64,000 bases of DNA from a virus: the IMG/VR virus record IMGVR_UViG_3300017527_000160, positions 1 through 64,000 of that record. One strand, written 5' to 3'. How positions within the stretch are numbered: position 1 is the stretch's first letter; every line of letters begins with the position of its first letter. The notes below the pieces were generated by a model. It was not told the origin of the DNA, made no database searches, and saw nothing but the letters and a program-made list of their open reading frames with translations. The position numbers were made by a program, and so were the translations under genes. Shown here in pieces: positions 36,235 to 47,300 of the stretch.

Positions 36235-38913
36235 ATGCTTATGAAAAGGAAAGTGAGAATCAGTAAACCGTGTATGGATTGTGGAGGAAGTGTTCCTCAT
36301 ATGAATACAGGTGGTGTAAATCCTATGGAAGCACAACAGCAAGCTCCAGTGAAAGAGAGCGCTGTAGGAATGTGTACTGGTACTAATTTCGGAGGACCTG
36401 GTTGTCCAAAAGGATCTCAACAATATGAGATAGCTTTAAAGTTCCGTAAAGAAGAAGCTCTTCAGAAAAAGAAAGAAATAGATTCTGTTGCAGAACAGGG
36501 CGCAAATATTGACAGTGTTACTGGTAAACGGAACGCAGCTTTCAAAGATCATATAGCAAGAAACACTACTAACGTTATGGCTGAAGAGGAGATGATCCGT
36601 GCCATAACGCAACCGCAACATCAGATGCCTGATGGTACAATGATGCCAGGTGCACAGCACATAAGTCAGTACGGTGGTGTTCCTGAATTTGTTGTAGGTG
36701 GAAACATGGGTCCTCAAACTCAACAAGAATGGAACGATTCCAATAAGTTTGGTCAGGCTAAGTTTGATCAACAATTTGGCATCCCTATGGAAAAGATAAC
36801 TCCTAAACCTGTTGTTACAGATGTCGAAGCTATAATAGATGCTGGACAATTTGGAGATCAGTCTGGACAACAAGGGCTTGCGAATGACACCGACCTAGCG
36901 AAGACTACAGTCAAAAGAAAGAGCGGGTTACTGAATAACTTAAAGAATGCTTTTGGTCCTAATGGACTTGCTTTAGACGCTATAGCACAGTTTGGAGAAA
37001 ATAGAACTGAACCTGACTTTGCGGCAATGATGGATGCTACTACACATGCTGATCAAGCTTTCACATCAAGCAGAGATGTTGATAGAGGTGCAATCGGCTT
37101 TAATGATTTTGGATTAGCGAGAGGTGCTGATGATTTTGGTGTTGCTCAGTTTAAAGGAACAGCACCAAGAAACATAAGTAAGTATGGTGGAGTTCCTAAG
37201 TTTGAGTATGCTGGTCAACCCAACTTTGGTTATAAAGGCAACGAGCAAACTAACATGTTGATAAAAGCTCAACAAGAAAAAGAGCAAGGTAACCAAATCT
37301 GGGGACAGATGGCAGATAACTTTGCTAATGCTGATTTGAGTGATCAATGGAAAACAAAAACCAAAGTAATCGATAACGATCCTAATGATGGTATCGATAC
37401 TAAGGGTTGGTACAAAGACTATAATAAAGCTTATAAAAAAAATTACAATAACAGTATGGATAATAATATGTTTGCTAATATGTTCGCTAAAATGATGATG
37501 GGTGGACAGAACTTACCACAAAGAGCACCAGGCGGACCTGGTCAAGATATTCCTTGGTATGCTGCAGGATGGGCTGCCGATAAAGAGATGCTTGGTAATC
37601 TATTTGGTTATGATAACAGCATGGAACAAAGAAGGATTAATGCAGCCAATACTCCAGAAGCAACTAGAGTTTCAAATCCAGGCAGATATAATACTCCTGT
37701 AGTTCACGATGCAGCTTATGATGAAAACATGGCCGCTGCTGCTGAACGAAAAGAACATGAAGATCTTATAGCAAGAACTACTGCAGAAAGAGATGCGAAT
37801 GTTTCTGCTACAGAACGAAAAAGACAATTGTTTAACATTGCCCGACAACAAAAAGCTGCAAATGCTCCAGAAGGTGCTGATGCAATAGAAGAAGCTAGAC
37901 AACAAAGAAATACTAATAGCGATTCTAGAAGTACTACTACATCTGAAAAAGATGCTGCGGAAACAACTACTGCGAAAGAGGAGGCGGTAACTGAAGGTAA
38001 CTACACTCCACCTGAAGAAACAACAGAAGGTGAAACAGTGACAGATCCTCATGGTAATGTAACGTTTGTTCAACCTAACAGAGGTCAAGCACCTATTGCT
38101 ACTGACTACAACTACTTGAGTAAGATCAACATGAGAGCTAATCCTTTCAGAAGAAAAGGTCATCAAAGAGTGAAGAGTTATGAGTTCACACATGGTATAC
38201 GTGGTAACGGTCAACCTGCTGCTCCTACTGATGGAGGTGGTGCTGGAGGATTTGATCCTAATAACATCACTCCTGAAGAGATGACCATGCTTACAAATAT
38301 GATGAACGCTAAGAAGAGTGAAGCTAATGCTGTAGATGCTACCACGGATAACACAATGAATTATGAAGATGCCATGGCTCAACAATATGCGGGCATGCCT
38401 CAGATTGATAAGAACGGTTTTCCTATTGCACAACCAGCTCCCGATGATATAAGTAACTTAAGTGGTCAATCTACTGGAGACTATGCTGATTATAAAAGAT
38501 ATGGCGGAGATAACATGTATGCTGTAGGTGGTCCTGAAGGTGGTTACGGTACTCCAGGATATGGTGTTCCGGATGTTACTCCTCAAGCTGCTCCAGTTGC
38601 CCCATGGTTTGTTCAAGATCAAGCAACCATGGCTGATGCAATGAGGAATAGACCTATGAACGGTCCATCTAATGTAGAACGTGCTGAACTTATGACACCA
38701 CGACCAACTATAGGTGCTGAACCTACGGATATAGCTAAACGTGAGTATATGGATAAACTGAACGAGTTTGAAAATAGACAGCGGGCTAATATGTTTGCTC
38801 CAACCAAACAATATGGTGGTGATGCAATGTTCCAAGAGGGTGGTGAGTACGATATGACTCCTGATCAAGTTGCAGCATTCTTACAAGCAGGTGGTCAAAT
38901 AGAATATATTTAA
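36235..38913 (+). CDS. Low-complexity internal virion (cargo) protein with repeated GG motifs
   Basis: 892 aa, Q/M/G/P/N-rich; repeated (Q/K/R)YGG..xxGG units. Confidence 0.7.
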   Translation: MLMKRKVRISKPCMDCGGSVPHMNTGGVNPMEAQQQAPVKESAVGMCTGTNFGGPGCPKGSQQYEIALKFRKEEALQKKKEIDSVAEQGANIDSVTGKRNAAFKDHIARNTTNVMAEEEMIRAITQPQHQMPDGTMMPGAQHISQYGGVPEFVVGGNMGPQTQQEWNDSNKFGQAKFDQQFGIPMEKITPKPVVTDVEAIIDAGQFGDQSGQQGLANDTDLAKTTVKRKSGLLNNLKNAFGPNGLALDAIAQFGENRTEPDFAAMMDATTHADQAFTSSRDVDRGAIGFNDFGLARGADDFGVAQFKGTAPRNISKYGGVPKFEYAGQPNFGYKGNEQTNMLIKAQQEKEQGNQIWGQMADNFANADLSDQWKTKTKVIDNDPNDGIDTKGWYKDYNKAYKKNYNNSMDNNMFANMFAKMMMGGQNLPQRAPGGPGQDIPWYAAGWAADKEMLGNLFGYDNSMEQRRINAANTPEATRVSNPGRYNTPVVHDAAYDENMAAAAERKEHEDLIARTTAERDANVSATERKRQLFNIARQQKAANAPEGADAIEEARQQRNTNSDSRSTTTSEKDAAETTTAKEEAVTEGNYTPPEETTEGETVTDPHGNVTFVQPNRGQAPIATDYNYLSKINMRANPFRRKGHQRVKSYEFTHGIRGNGQPAAPTDGGGAGGFDPNNITPEEMTMLTNMMNAKKSEANAVDATTDNTMNYEDAMAQQYAGMPQIDKNGFPIAQPAPDDISNLSGQSTGDYADYKRYGGDNMYAVGGPEGGYGTPGYGVPDVTPQAAPVAPWFVQDQATMADAMRNRPMNGPSNVERAELMTPRPTIGAEPTDIAKREYMDKLNEFENRQRANMFAPTKQYGGDAMFQEGGEYDMTPDQVAAFLQAGGQIEYI

Positions 38914-38924
38914 AAGTAATAAGC

Positions 38925-41270
38925 ATGAAGGTTAAGATAACTAAAGTACCGAACAAGAGGCACGGAGGAACCAACGGAAGCGCTACGCAAATGCACAGCG
39001 GTCAACAAACTCCTCCTACTGATGCTATGGCTGACCCACGTACTGGGAAGTTCCATGGTGGGAATACTCCTGAGATCCAGATTAACAGAACTCTGAAACC
39101 TACTTCAAGAGAGAACGCTACTTTGGAAGCTGAGAAAGGTGAGACTGTTATAACGAACTTGCAACAGGATGGTATACCTGAGTTCTATAAGATTGGCGGT
39201 AAGCCTCACTCAAGAGGTGGTACTCCATTGAATCTGCCGAAGAGTTCTTTTATCTTCTCTAAGGATAAGAAACTTAAGATCAAGGATCCTGATGTTCTAA
39301 ACATGTTTGGTAAGACTGGTAAGGCTGCGAAGAAAGCTTATACTCCAGCTGACCTATCGAAGAAATATGACATTAATTTCTACAGAGAAATCTTAGCCAA
39401 TCCATTTTCAGATAAGCTTCAAAGAGAAACTGCTGAGATGATGATTGCTAACTACAATCTAAAACTAGGTGCATTAGCACTGACACAGGAATCTATGAAA
39501 GGATTTGATGCAGGTATACCTGAAGTTGCTCAACCTTATATGGAAGCAGTGGGTATTTCTCCTGATGATCTTATCTTATCCGAGCCTCCTGCTCAAGAAC
39601 AGTTACAACAGTTTCAAGGTGGTGGTGCTTATATGGGTGCTCCTTCTTCTAAGAGAGTTCGTATTAAGAGTTTACCTCGATTTGATAATGGTGGACCAGG
39701 TGATAAGAAAGCTCCTAAAGTATCTAGTAAACCTACAGCTAAACAGAACATACCTAAAGGTGCTGTTCAATGGGATCCTAAAGCAGACGGTTATGATCCA
39801 AGTAAAGTTAAAGAAGGTCACTATATCATGAAAGATGGTAGATGGCGTAAAGTAACTGGTTACAAGAAAGCTGAATACCAAGGTGACTTTAAAGATGAGA
39901 AGCTTGGTGATTGGAGTGATGATTACGGAATGCTTGTAGAGACATTTGAAAAAGATGATGCTCTTATGGATGCTATGTACACTAAGTACATGGCGACTCT
40001 GAATAAGACTCAACCAGGAAGGAACTTAACCCAAGCACAAATAGACGCTGCTAAACAGTTAAGTCCTGAAGAAGTATGGGAGAACTTCAAGTATAAGCAG
40101 AAGTCTAACTTCGCTGTACAAAATCAACTAGGTGATCTTAGTGAAGCTGATAAAAAAGATTTATGGGATAGTAATCCTAAACTAGCTGCAGAGGCTGCTG
40201 ATAAAGCTGGCTTCCCTGCGTTAGATACAGAACACATTGCTGCTTTCCAAGCTGCTTACATTGGTATGAATGAACTTAGTAATGACCCTGAGTTTAAGGA
40301 TAAACTGAAAAACTTCGGTATGATCCAAACTGGTAGAGGTGATGAGCAAGTATCTGGTACAGGTGAGGGAACAATCTCACAAGTAGATGGTTGGGATGGT
40401 AACACAACATCAGGACAAGTTATGGTTCCTATAGCATCAGAGATGATGACTGAAGATGTTGCTGATATTAAAGCTGATCCTGAAGTAGTAACTCCGGAAG
40501 TTAAACATCTGGCTGAGACTAAAGCTCAAGAACGTACTCCGTTCTGGACTGAAGATAACATGAACGTGGCTAGAGATTTCGGTAACTTGATGTCCGTTAA
40601 GAAGTATAGACCGTGGCAAGCTACACCAGCGTTCGAGACAGCTGATCCAGCATTCGTAGATTTCAGAGGTGCTGCTAATAGATTAGCTGCTAACACAGCG
40701 GGTCTTGCAAAAGGAGCTTCTAACTTTGGCCCGGGAACATATGGTACTCTTGCTAGTAACGTACAAGGTCAAATGGCTAATAACATATTGAAGTTACAAG
40801 AACAGGAAATGGCTAAGAATGTTGACACGGCAAATAGATTCGAGTTAACTAACACTGCTGCTATCAATGCATACAATCAACAGAAAGCTGCTCAAGACAC
40901 TAAGCTTTGGGATAAGAATGCAATCATGAATCAGCAGTTCGATAACTCTAAGATGGCTCTTAGAAATAACTTAGCGAACAGCATGAGAGACAGGTGGACT
41001 AATAGAGGGAAGACTCAGAATCTTAACCTTATGTCTGACCAATTTAGCATCGATCCTCTTACTGGATTCAAAACGTTTACTGGAGATAATAGAGATATTG
41101 ACCCTGCTCAACAAGGTACAGCGCTTACAGATCTTGCTACTACAATTAAGAACGAGAATGCTGGTATGACGTACGATGAAGCATTGAAATGGGCTAAGGC
41201 AAACAAGGGCATACAAACACCACAGCTTCCTGTAGGAGTTAATTATCCGGGTGCTGCACCAACCACATAA
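38925..41270 (+). CDS. Internal virion (cargo/ejection) protein
   Basis: EAEKGET..GGKPHSRGGTPL motif typical of crAss-like cargo proteins; N/Q-rich helical C-terminus. Confidence 0.65.
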   Translation: MKVKITKVPNKRHGGTNGSATQMHSGQQTPPTDAMADPRTGKFHGGNTPEIQINRTLKPTSRENATLEAEKGETVITNLQQDGIPEFYKIGGKPHSRGGTPLNLPKSSFIFSKDKKLKIKDPDVLNMFGKTGKAAKKAYTPADLSKKYDINFYREILANPFSDKLQRETAEMMIANYNLKLGALALTQESMKGFDAGIPEVAQPYMEAVGISPDDLILSEPPAQEQLQQFQGGGAYMGAPSSKRVRIKSLPRFDNGGPGDKKAPKVSSKPTAKQNIPKGAVQWDPKADGYDPSKVKEGHYIMKDGRWRKVTGYKKAEYQGDFKDEKLGDWSDDYGMLVETFEKDDALMDAMYTKYMATLNKTQPGRNLTQAQIDAAKQLSPEEVWENFKYKQKSNFAVQNQLGDLSEADKKDLWDSNPKLAAEAADKAGFPALDTEHIAAFQAAYIGMNELSNDPEFKDKLKNFGMIQTGRGDEQVSGTGEGTISQVDGWDGNTTSGQVMVPIASEMMTEDVADIKADPEVVTPEVKHLAETKAQERTPFWTEDNMNVARDFGNLMSVKKYRPWQATPAFETADPAFVDFRGAANRLAANTAGLAKGASNFGPGTYGTLASNVQGQMANNILKLQEQEMAKNVDTANRFELTNTAAINAYNQQKAAQDTKLWDKNAIMNQQFDNSKMALRNNLANSMRDRWTNRGKTQNLNLMSDQFSIDPLTGFKTFTGDNRDIDPAQQGTALTDLATTIKNENAGMTYDEALKWAKANKGIQTPQLPVGVNYPGAAPTT

Positions 41271-41323
41271 ACATATGAGGTTTGGTAAACTTATATTATT
41301 TTTGACAAAGTAAAAGAAAAAAC

Positions 41324-44300
41324 ATGGCTACTTATTTACAAGGCGTAACAGACTATATTCCACAGGTACAACCGTTTGCACCTGATTTTAACTTCTACGC
41401 AAAGTCTTTGCAGTTCAGCCAAGGAAAGCATGATGCTGCTAGAAAACAACTAAGTAATATATATGGCTCGCTTTTGAACGCTCCTCTTACTAGAGAAGAT
41501 AACACTGAGGCTAGAGATAAATTCTTCAAGACAATAGACCAAGACATCCAAAAGATGGCGGGCATGGATTTATCATTGAATCAAAACGTACATGCTGCCA
41601 AAGGGGTGTTCAACCAGATGCTTGATAACAAAGCTATTGTTAAAGATATGGTTTGGAGTAAGCAATGGCAGGGACAAATGAGGAAGTCTCAAAGCTTTAA
41701 GAACTGTGTGGATCCAGAGAAATGTGGTGGAGCATGGTGGGAAGGTGGAGACAAAGCTCTACAATATAATAGACAAGAGTTCATGAACGCTAGTGCGGAA
41801 GATGCTATGGGTATGGGTGTTCAAGAGTTTGTATCATACCAAGATGTTACCAAGAGAGCGCTTGCAATGGCGAAGGAAGCTGATTTGAATGTATCGATTG
41901 ACCAAGTTACAGGTCAGTGGATCACTACTACTAAGAATGGACCTCAACTAATCGGGAAACAACTACAGAGTCTTTTCATGGGTTCTATAGGTAAAGATCC
42001 AAAGGTTAAGCAGTACTATGAAACTAAAGCGTCCAATCAAAGAAAGGATTTTATGTACGGTAATAAAGACCAGTATGGTTCTTTAGAAGCTGCAGAACAA
42101 GCATACTTACAAGAAGTTACACCTACACTTGAAAAGTACTATGGTGAAAAGAAAGTTGAGTTAGAAGATGCTGTTGCTCAAAATGAGAAGAAAGTTAAGA
42201 AGATCAATGAGGCTATAGAGAATGCTCCTGCTGATAAGAGATCTGAGATGGAAAAGTTACGTGATGAACTTCAGGGCAGAGGTAAGCTATACGATTCATC
42301 CCTAGAGGATGTAACAGAGAATGAAGGTCAGGTTGCTGTAGCACAACGTAATCAAAGATATTCAGGACGACAAGCGGATGCCATGCTTGCAGGCATAGAT
42401 TTACATAATGAGATAGGTAAAGCTGCTGAAGTGATGTCGTATAGAAACTACGAACAAAGTGTAGCGGTTAATCCTTACGGCATGGAAGCTGTTCAACAAA
42501 GGAATCGATTAAAGTTTGAGGCGCTGAAGCAACACAATAGAAAAGAATTAGAGCGGTATAAGCTTACAGCTAAAGGTGAATATGAGAATATGATTGCAAC
42601 TGGTGGAGCTGAAGCAAACAATGCTCAAACTATAACGGATGTTGCAGGGTCTTCTGCTGTAGGTAACATGGATCCTGCATCAGCTGAATATAAGAGCAGG
42701 GTCATGAATCAGTTTTCAGAAGAACGTGATGAACACAGGATTGATGTAAGTGGTAATGAACTTAGTCTTATTGAACAAACTTTACAACATGTTACAGGAG
42801 CTGCTGAAGGTGGTGATGCTCAAGCAAGAGAAGATTATGTTAACATATTTAATTCATTCAATGCCGCTGTACGTTCTAGTGAAGAAAATGTACGAGAGAA
42901 TGGTGCAGAATGGGCAGATACATGGAATGAACTTGATGCAATGAAACTGCAACAAATTGCTTTAGCTGTAGAGAAAGCCAACACAATAGATGAAAAGTAT
43001 GCCATAGCTAAACAGTACAAAGCTAATTGGAAAGATATGGTTTCAGGTGGTCAAATAGATATGTTCTATGAAAAAGGGGTTATGCCACTTTTAGATAGAA
43101 ACAAAGGTAACGATGCATTGAGAGATTACTTATCTCCAGTATACGCACTTAATCAAAAGAGCATGCTTGCTATTGAAACTAAGAAGAAAGGTTTAGAGTT
43201 AATGGATTCATGGGTTGCAGATAATCATGAGTCAGTTATGACTGGTGTTAATGGAGATGGTAGATATACTAAAATGGATAGACATGCTCTTCAGTCTTAT
43301 GTAGATGATAAAGGTCATGTTGTACCAGAAGATGTATTCATTGCTAACATGATGAAGAAAGGTTATACTGAACAACAAGCTGTTAACAAATTTAGAGGAG
43401 ATGTTGAAAGTCCTTATTCAGGTTGGCTGAGTAGAGAAACTCAGATAGGTTTGGATTACGTAATGGGTGGATTTGGTGAGAGTGGGCAGGAGAACGCAGA
43501 AAAATACTTAAGACAAGAACGTTTATCAAAAGGACGTGGTATCCATAGTTTATGGACTGAAGCTTTTTCACAACATGCTAATCCAGAAGGTGATCAAGCT
43601 TGGTTAGGTCTTACTGGAGCAGGTGATCTGACAGCTATGGGTCAACGTTACAGTACTGTAGATCCTGCGCAATATAAGAGTATCGGTACAATGGGTATTA
43701 ACGGGGCATTGAATGATGCTTTGAATAGTAAAAATGCTATCTTCAGATATGGTGGTTTTGAAAATACCATACAAGAAGATATTGCTGATGTAAGGAACTT
43801 AGCGGATCAGTTACGTATTGATATGGGAACAATGACCAATCCTAAAACTGTTGCTAGACCTATGTTAGATGTGACAAGCGTTCAGGTTGCTGGAGGAAAC
43901 AGTGATTATATGGCAGTCAATGTTAAGATGAGTGAGATGTACAGAAAGAAATATAAAGGAAGTGAAAACTCTCCAGGGATAATGGGTCAACAACTTTTAT
44001 CCAATGAAGGGTTCACTATGTATATTCCAAAGAATGAAGCTACTAACTTATTCTATACAGGTTCACAGAAGACAGTATACGAACAAGCAATGAACTGGAA
44101 GAAAGAGATACCGTTTGATGCTTATCCTAACTACTTTAAAGATACTAAGCTAACTAGTACTCCTAGTGGAGCATATAAGTTTGCAGGATACGGTAAAGTA
44201 ACTAACGAAGATGGTACTACTAAATGGGAGTACTTTCAAAAAGAAGTACCGTACAGTAAAGATTTAAACGGTATTGTAGATACCTACACTAAGTGGCAGT

Positions 44301-44371
44301 CAGAACATGCTGCCTTAAACATGGCAGGTGAAGAACAGATTCGTTTAAATAATCAACATCAAAATCAATAA
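41324..44371 (+). CDS. Large helical internal virion (ejection) protein
   Basis: 1015 aa, coiled-coil rich, upstream of the giant cargo genes. Confidence 0.65.
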   Translation: MATYLQGVTDYIPQVQPFAPDFNFYAKSLQFSQGKHDAARKQLSNIYGSLLNAPLTREDNTEARDKFFKTIDQDIQKMAGMDLSLNQNVHAAKGVFNQMLDNKAIVKDMVWSKQWQGQMRKSQSFKNCVDPEKCGGAWWEGGDKALQYNRQEFMNASAEDAMGMGVQEFVSYQDVTKRALAMAKEADLNVSIDQVTGQWITTTKNGPQLIGKQLQSLFMGSIGKDPKVKQYYETKASNQRKDFMYGNKDQYGSLEAAEQAYLQEVTPTLEKYYGEKKVELEDAVAQNEKKVKKINEAIENAPADKRSEMEKLRDELQGRGKLYDSSLEDVTENEGQVAVAQRNQRYSGRQADAMLAGIDLHNEIGKAAEVMSYRNYEQSVAVNPYGMEAVQQRNRLKFEALKQHNRKELERYKLTAKGEYENMIATGGAEANNAQTITDVAGSSAVGNMDPASAEYKSRVMNQFSEERDEHRIDVSGNELSLIEQTLQHVTGAAEGGDAQAREDYVNIFNSFNAAVRSSEENVRENGAEWADTWNELDAMKLQQIALAVEKANTIDEKYAIAKQYKANWKDMVSGGQIDMFYEKGVMPLLDRNKGNDALRDYLSPVYALNQKSMLAIETKKKGLELMDSWVADNHESVMTGVNGDGRYTKMDRHALQSYVDDKGHVVPEDVFIANMMKKGYTEQQAVNKFRGDVESPYSGWLSRETQIGLDYVMGGFGESGQENAEKYLRQERLSKGRGIHSLWTEAFSQHANPEGDQAWLGLTGAGDLTAMGQRYSTVDPAQYKSIGTMGINGALNDALNSKNAIFRYGGFENTIQEDIADVRNLADQLRIDMGTMTNPKTVARPMLDVTSVQVAGGNSDYMAVNVKMSEMYRKKYKGSENSPGIMGQQLLSNEGFTMYIPKNEATNLFYTGSQKTVYEQAMNWKKEIPFDAYPNYFKDTKLTSTPSGAYKFAGYGKVTNEDGTTKWEYFQKEVPYSKDLNGIVDTYTKWQSEHAALNMAGEEQIRLNNQHQNQ

Positions 44372-44374
44372 AAG

Positions 44375-47300
44375 ATGGCTGAAGAAAATAGCAGTACTCC
44401 TGTATCAGATCTGGATAATGTAGATTCAAGTAGTTTTTTACCTAAAGGTTTGCCGCCACTGGAAATGGATCCCGAGTTATCTTCTTACTTAGTAGAACAA
44501 GGGGTAATAGAAGCACCTACTGAACCTAGTGTTAAACCTGGTAGTGGTCAATCAATGCGTGATAGCTTGTTTGATTTTCAAACAGCTGACTTAGGTATTG
44601 CTACAGATCCATTCAAAATGGGTAAAGAGGTTCATGCTGATTTTCGTAACCCTCATAATCAGAATCAATTCTATGAAAGGTATGCTTCTCATAGTGAGTT
44701 TGAGAACTTAGGTTTCAATCCGTTCAGAGATAACGAAGCGCTGTATAATGAGAACTCTAATATGTTCGAGGAACTTGGTAGATCATTCGGTCAGTGGACT
44801 GGATTGGTAGGTCTTGGTTTCAAAGATGCTGCTGGCTTTGGGGATTTAACTGATAGAGATAATGCCGCAGAGATGGAACGTGCTATGGCTGTAGGTTCAT
44901 CTTCTAAAGGTGGTTTTACTGGTTTCACTAATAACTTATTTTTAAACTCAGGATACACTGTTGGTATTATGGGTGAGCTTGCTTTGGAAGAAGTAGGAAT
45001 GCTTGGTGTAGAAGCTGCTCTCGGTATAGGTACTGTAGCTACAGGTGGTGCTGCTGCTCCAGCATTAGCGGCAAACACTGGACTGATGGCTAGTAGAGCT
45101 GCCAGAGCTTTCGGTAAGATAAAGACCGCACTTGGTGCTAGTTACAGTTTGAGTAAACAGCTTGGTAATCTAAAAGACATTAACAAGGCTAGATCCATGT
45201 GGAGTAAAGGTCTTGGTAAAGCAGGAAAGATAATTAACCCTTTTGAAAATACTGTAGACCTTTATCGTAATAAAAGTAAACTGGATCATCTTAACAAATG
45301 GCAAAAGACATACAAAGGTTTTGCTGAGATGTATAAGGATGTTAGAAACTTCCGTTTGGCGTGGGGTGAAGGTGCTCTTGAAGGAGGTATGATTCAAAAT
45401 CAAATGGAGCGTGAACTCCTGGCTGATTTTAGAGCAGAGAATGGACGTGGTCCTAACGAAGAAGAAGGTCAGGAGATTATAGATACAGCAAGACGTGCGG
45501 GTGTTACAACATCTGTTATCAATATGCCAGTCATCATGCTGTCCAATAAACTTGTGTTTGATGGATTACTTGGTCGTGGTAGATTTAAAAATCTTTATGC
45601 TGATGTTATTGAGACAGGTCATGCAGGAAAAATAATATTTAAGCCGGGTGTTAAAGGAGCGAAAGCTTATAACAAAATGGCTACAGGTCTACAAGGTAGA
45701 TGGGACTATATAAAGAGCCCTCGAATGTGGGCTGCAGGTGCTGCGAAGTATGGTAAGGCAAACATTGCTGAAGGTCTTCAAGAGGTTTTTCAGGAAACGA
45801 TAACTGGTGCTTCTGAGGATTACTATGGTGCCATGTATAGAGGTGATGCTAATCGTGGCGGATATATGTCTTCTATAGTAGGTAATCTTGTTAAACAAGT
45901 AGGCCCGCAAGGTCTTGAGACTTTCATGTCAGGGTTCTTGATGGGAGGTATGGTTGGTCCTGTCTCTACTGGAGTGGGTAACATAACTCAAGCTATCGGT
46001 GGTAACTCAGCAGGTTTTGCTGACAGTCGTGCGGGTAAAATTGGTACTGCTATAGGTAACCAATTTACTAAGATGAGTAAGGGTCAAGAAGCTTATCAGA
46101 AAAAAGTAGATGAGCAGACGGATCAAGCTACTAAAAGAAATACAAAGCTTGAGAAAGATATAGAAACACTGAATGAGTTCTATGAAGATCCTACAAAATA
46201 CTTTTCACCTGAACTAGAAAACCTCGTATCGCAAAAGGCATACAAAGAAGCCATGGATGAGGCTGAAAAGAGAGGTGACAAAAGAATGTTCCATGATATG
46301 GCTGACAGTGCAGAGACCAAGCATGTCATGACAGCCTTGAAGTATGGTAGACTAGATGGTCATATCACTAGAATGGAAGAGATGAAACAGTTCAGTGCAG
46401 AAGAATTTAAAACTCTGAACACAGAACTATCTCAAGAAGACTTTAATTTTAAAATAGATGCTTCAATAGATCGTGCTAAGAAGATTCAATCTACTTGGGA
46501 CTATGCATCAAAGAAATTTCCAAATCCTTTTACTCCGTATAAATATAGACCTGGTACAGATAAGTTCAAGGAAGAAGCTATGAAACAAGTTGTTTGGAAT
46601 AATGCTATCGAAGAGATGGTGTTCCAACAAGAAAGTTTTAATAGAGCCCTAGAAAGACAACAGTCTATTTATCAAAACATACATGAAACTGCAGGTTTAA
46701 AGAAGATGTCTACTAGCGATATCAATGTATTGTTTGATGAGCAAAGTGTTTTAAGTGAGATAGGGCTTTTAAAAATGGAGCTGGAAGGTAACGAAAATAC
46801 TGTAGGATTAAAACAATCAGAAGCTTTGACACCTGATATGAAGCAGATGATTGCTAAGAAAGATGCTAAACTTAAAGCACTCGAAGCATATGATAAAGCT
46901 TTAAAAGAATTTAAAAGTTCTAAAACTGAAGAGGTTGATGAACCTACAGTTAATGCTTTACATAAAGCATATAAAGAGTACATGTCTGTTATGGCAGAGC
47001 AAAGTGGTGAACACCTTAATGTAGATAAGCTTGATGCTTCTTTCGAGGCTTTGGCTGATTCACATTTGTTAACGGCTAGAGCAGGTGATTTGAACAGAGC
47101 TGTTAATATCCTATCAGACCCTAAGAACTTTCTCTCAATGGTTGATAGAAAGAATGCTCGAATAAAAGTTCTTTATGATAATAGAGAGGTTGAAATAAGA
47201 AAATCATTAGAGGAGTTCAGAAAATTAGCTGAGAAAAATGAAATGCTTAACAGGCTATACGACGAAGGTATGTTCTTCGATCCTAAAGATCTTGCTCTAC

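Noticed and set aside
38925-44371. Tape-measure protein
   Set aside because: No tail tube or sheath genes are evident; the ring plus stabilization layout indicates a short tail with ejected cargo.
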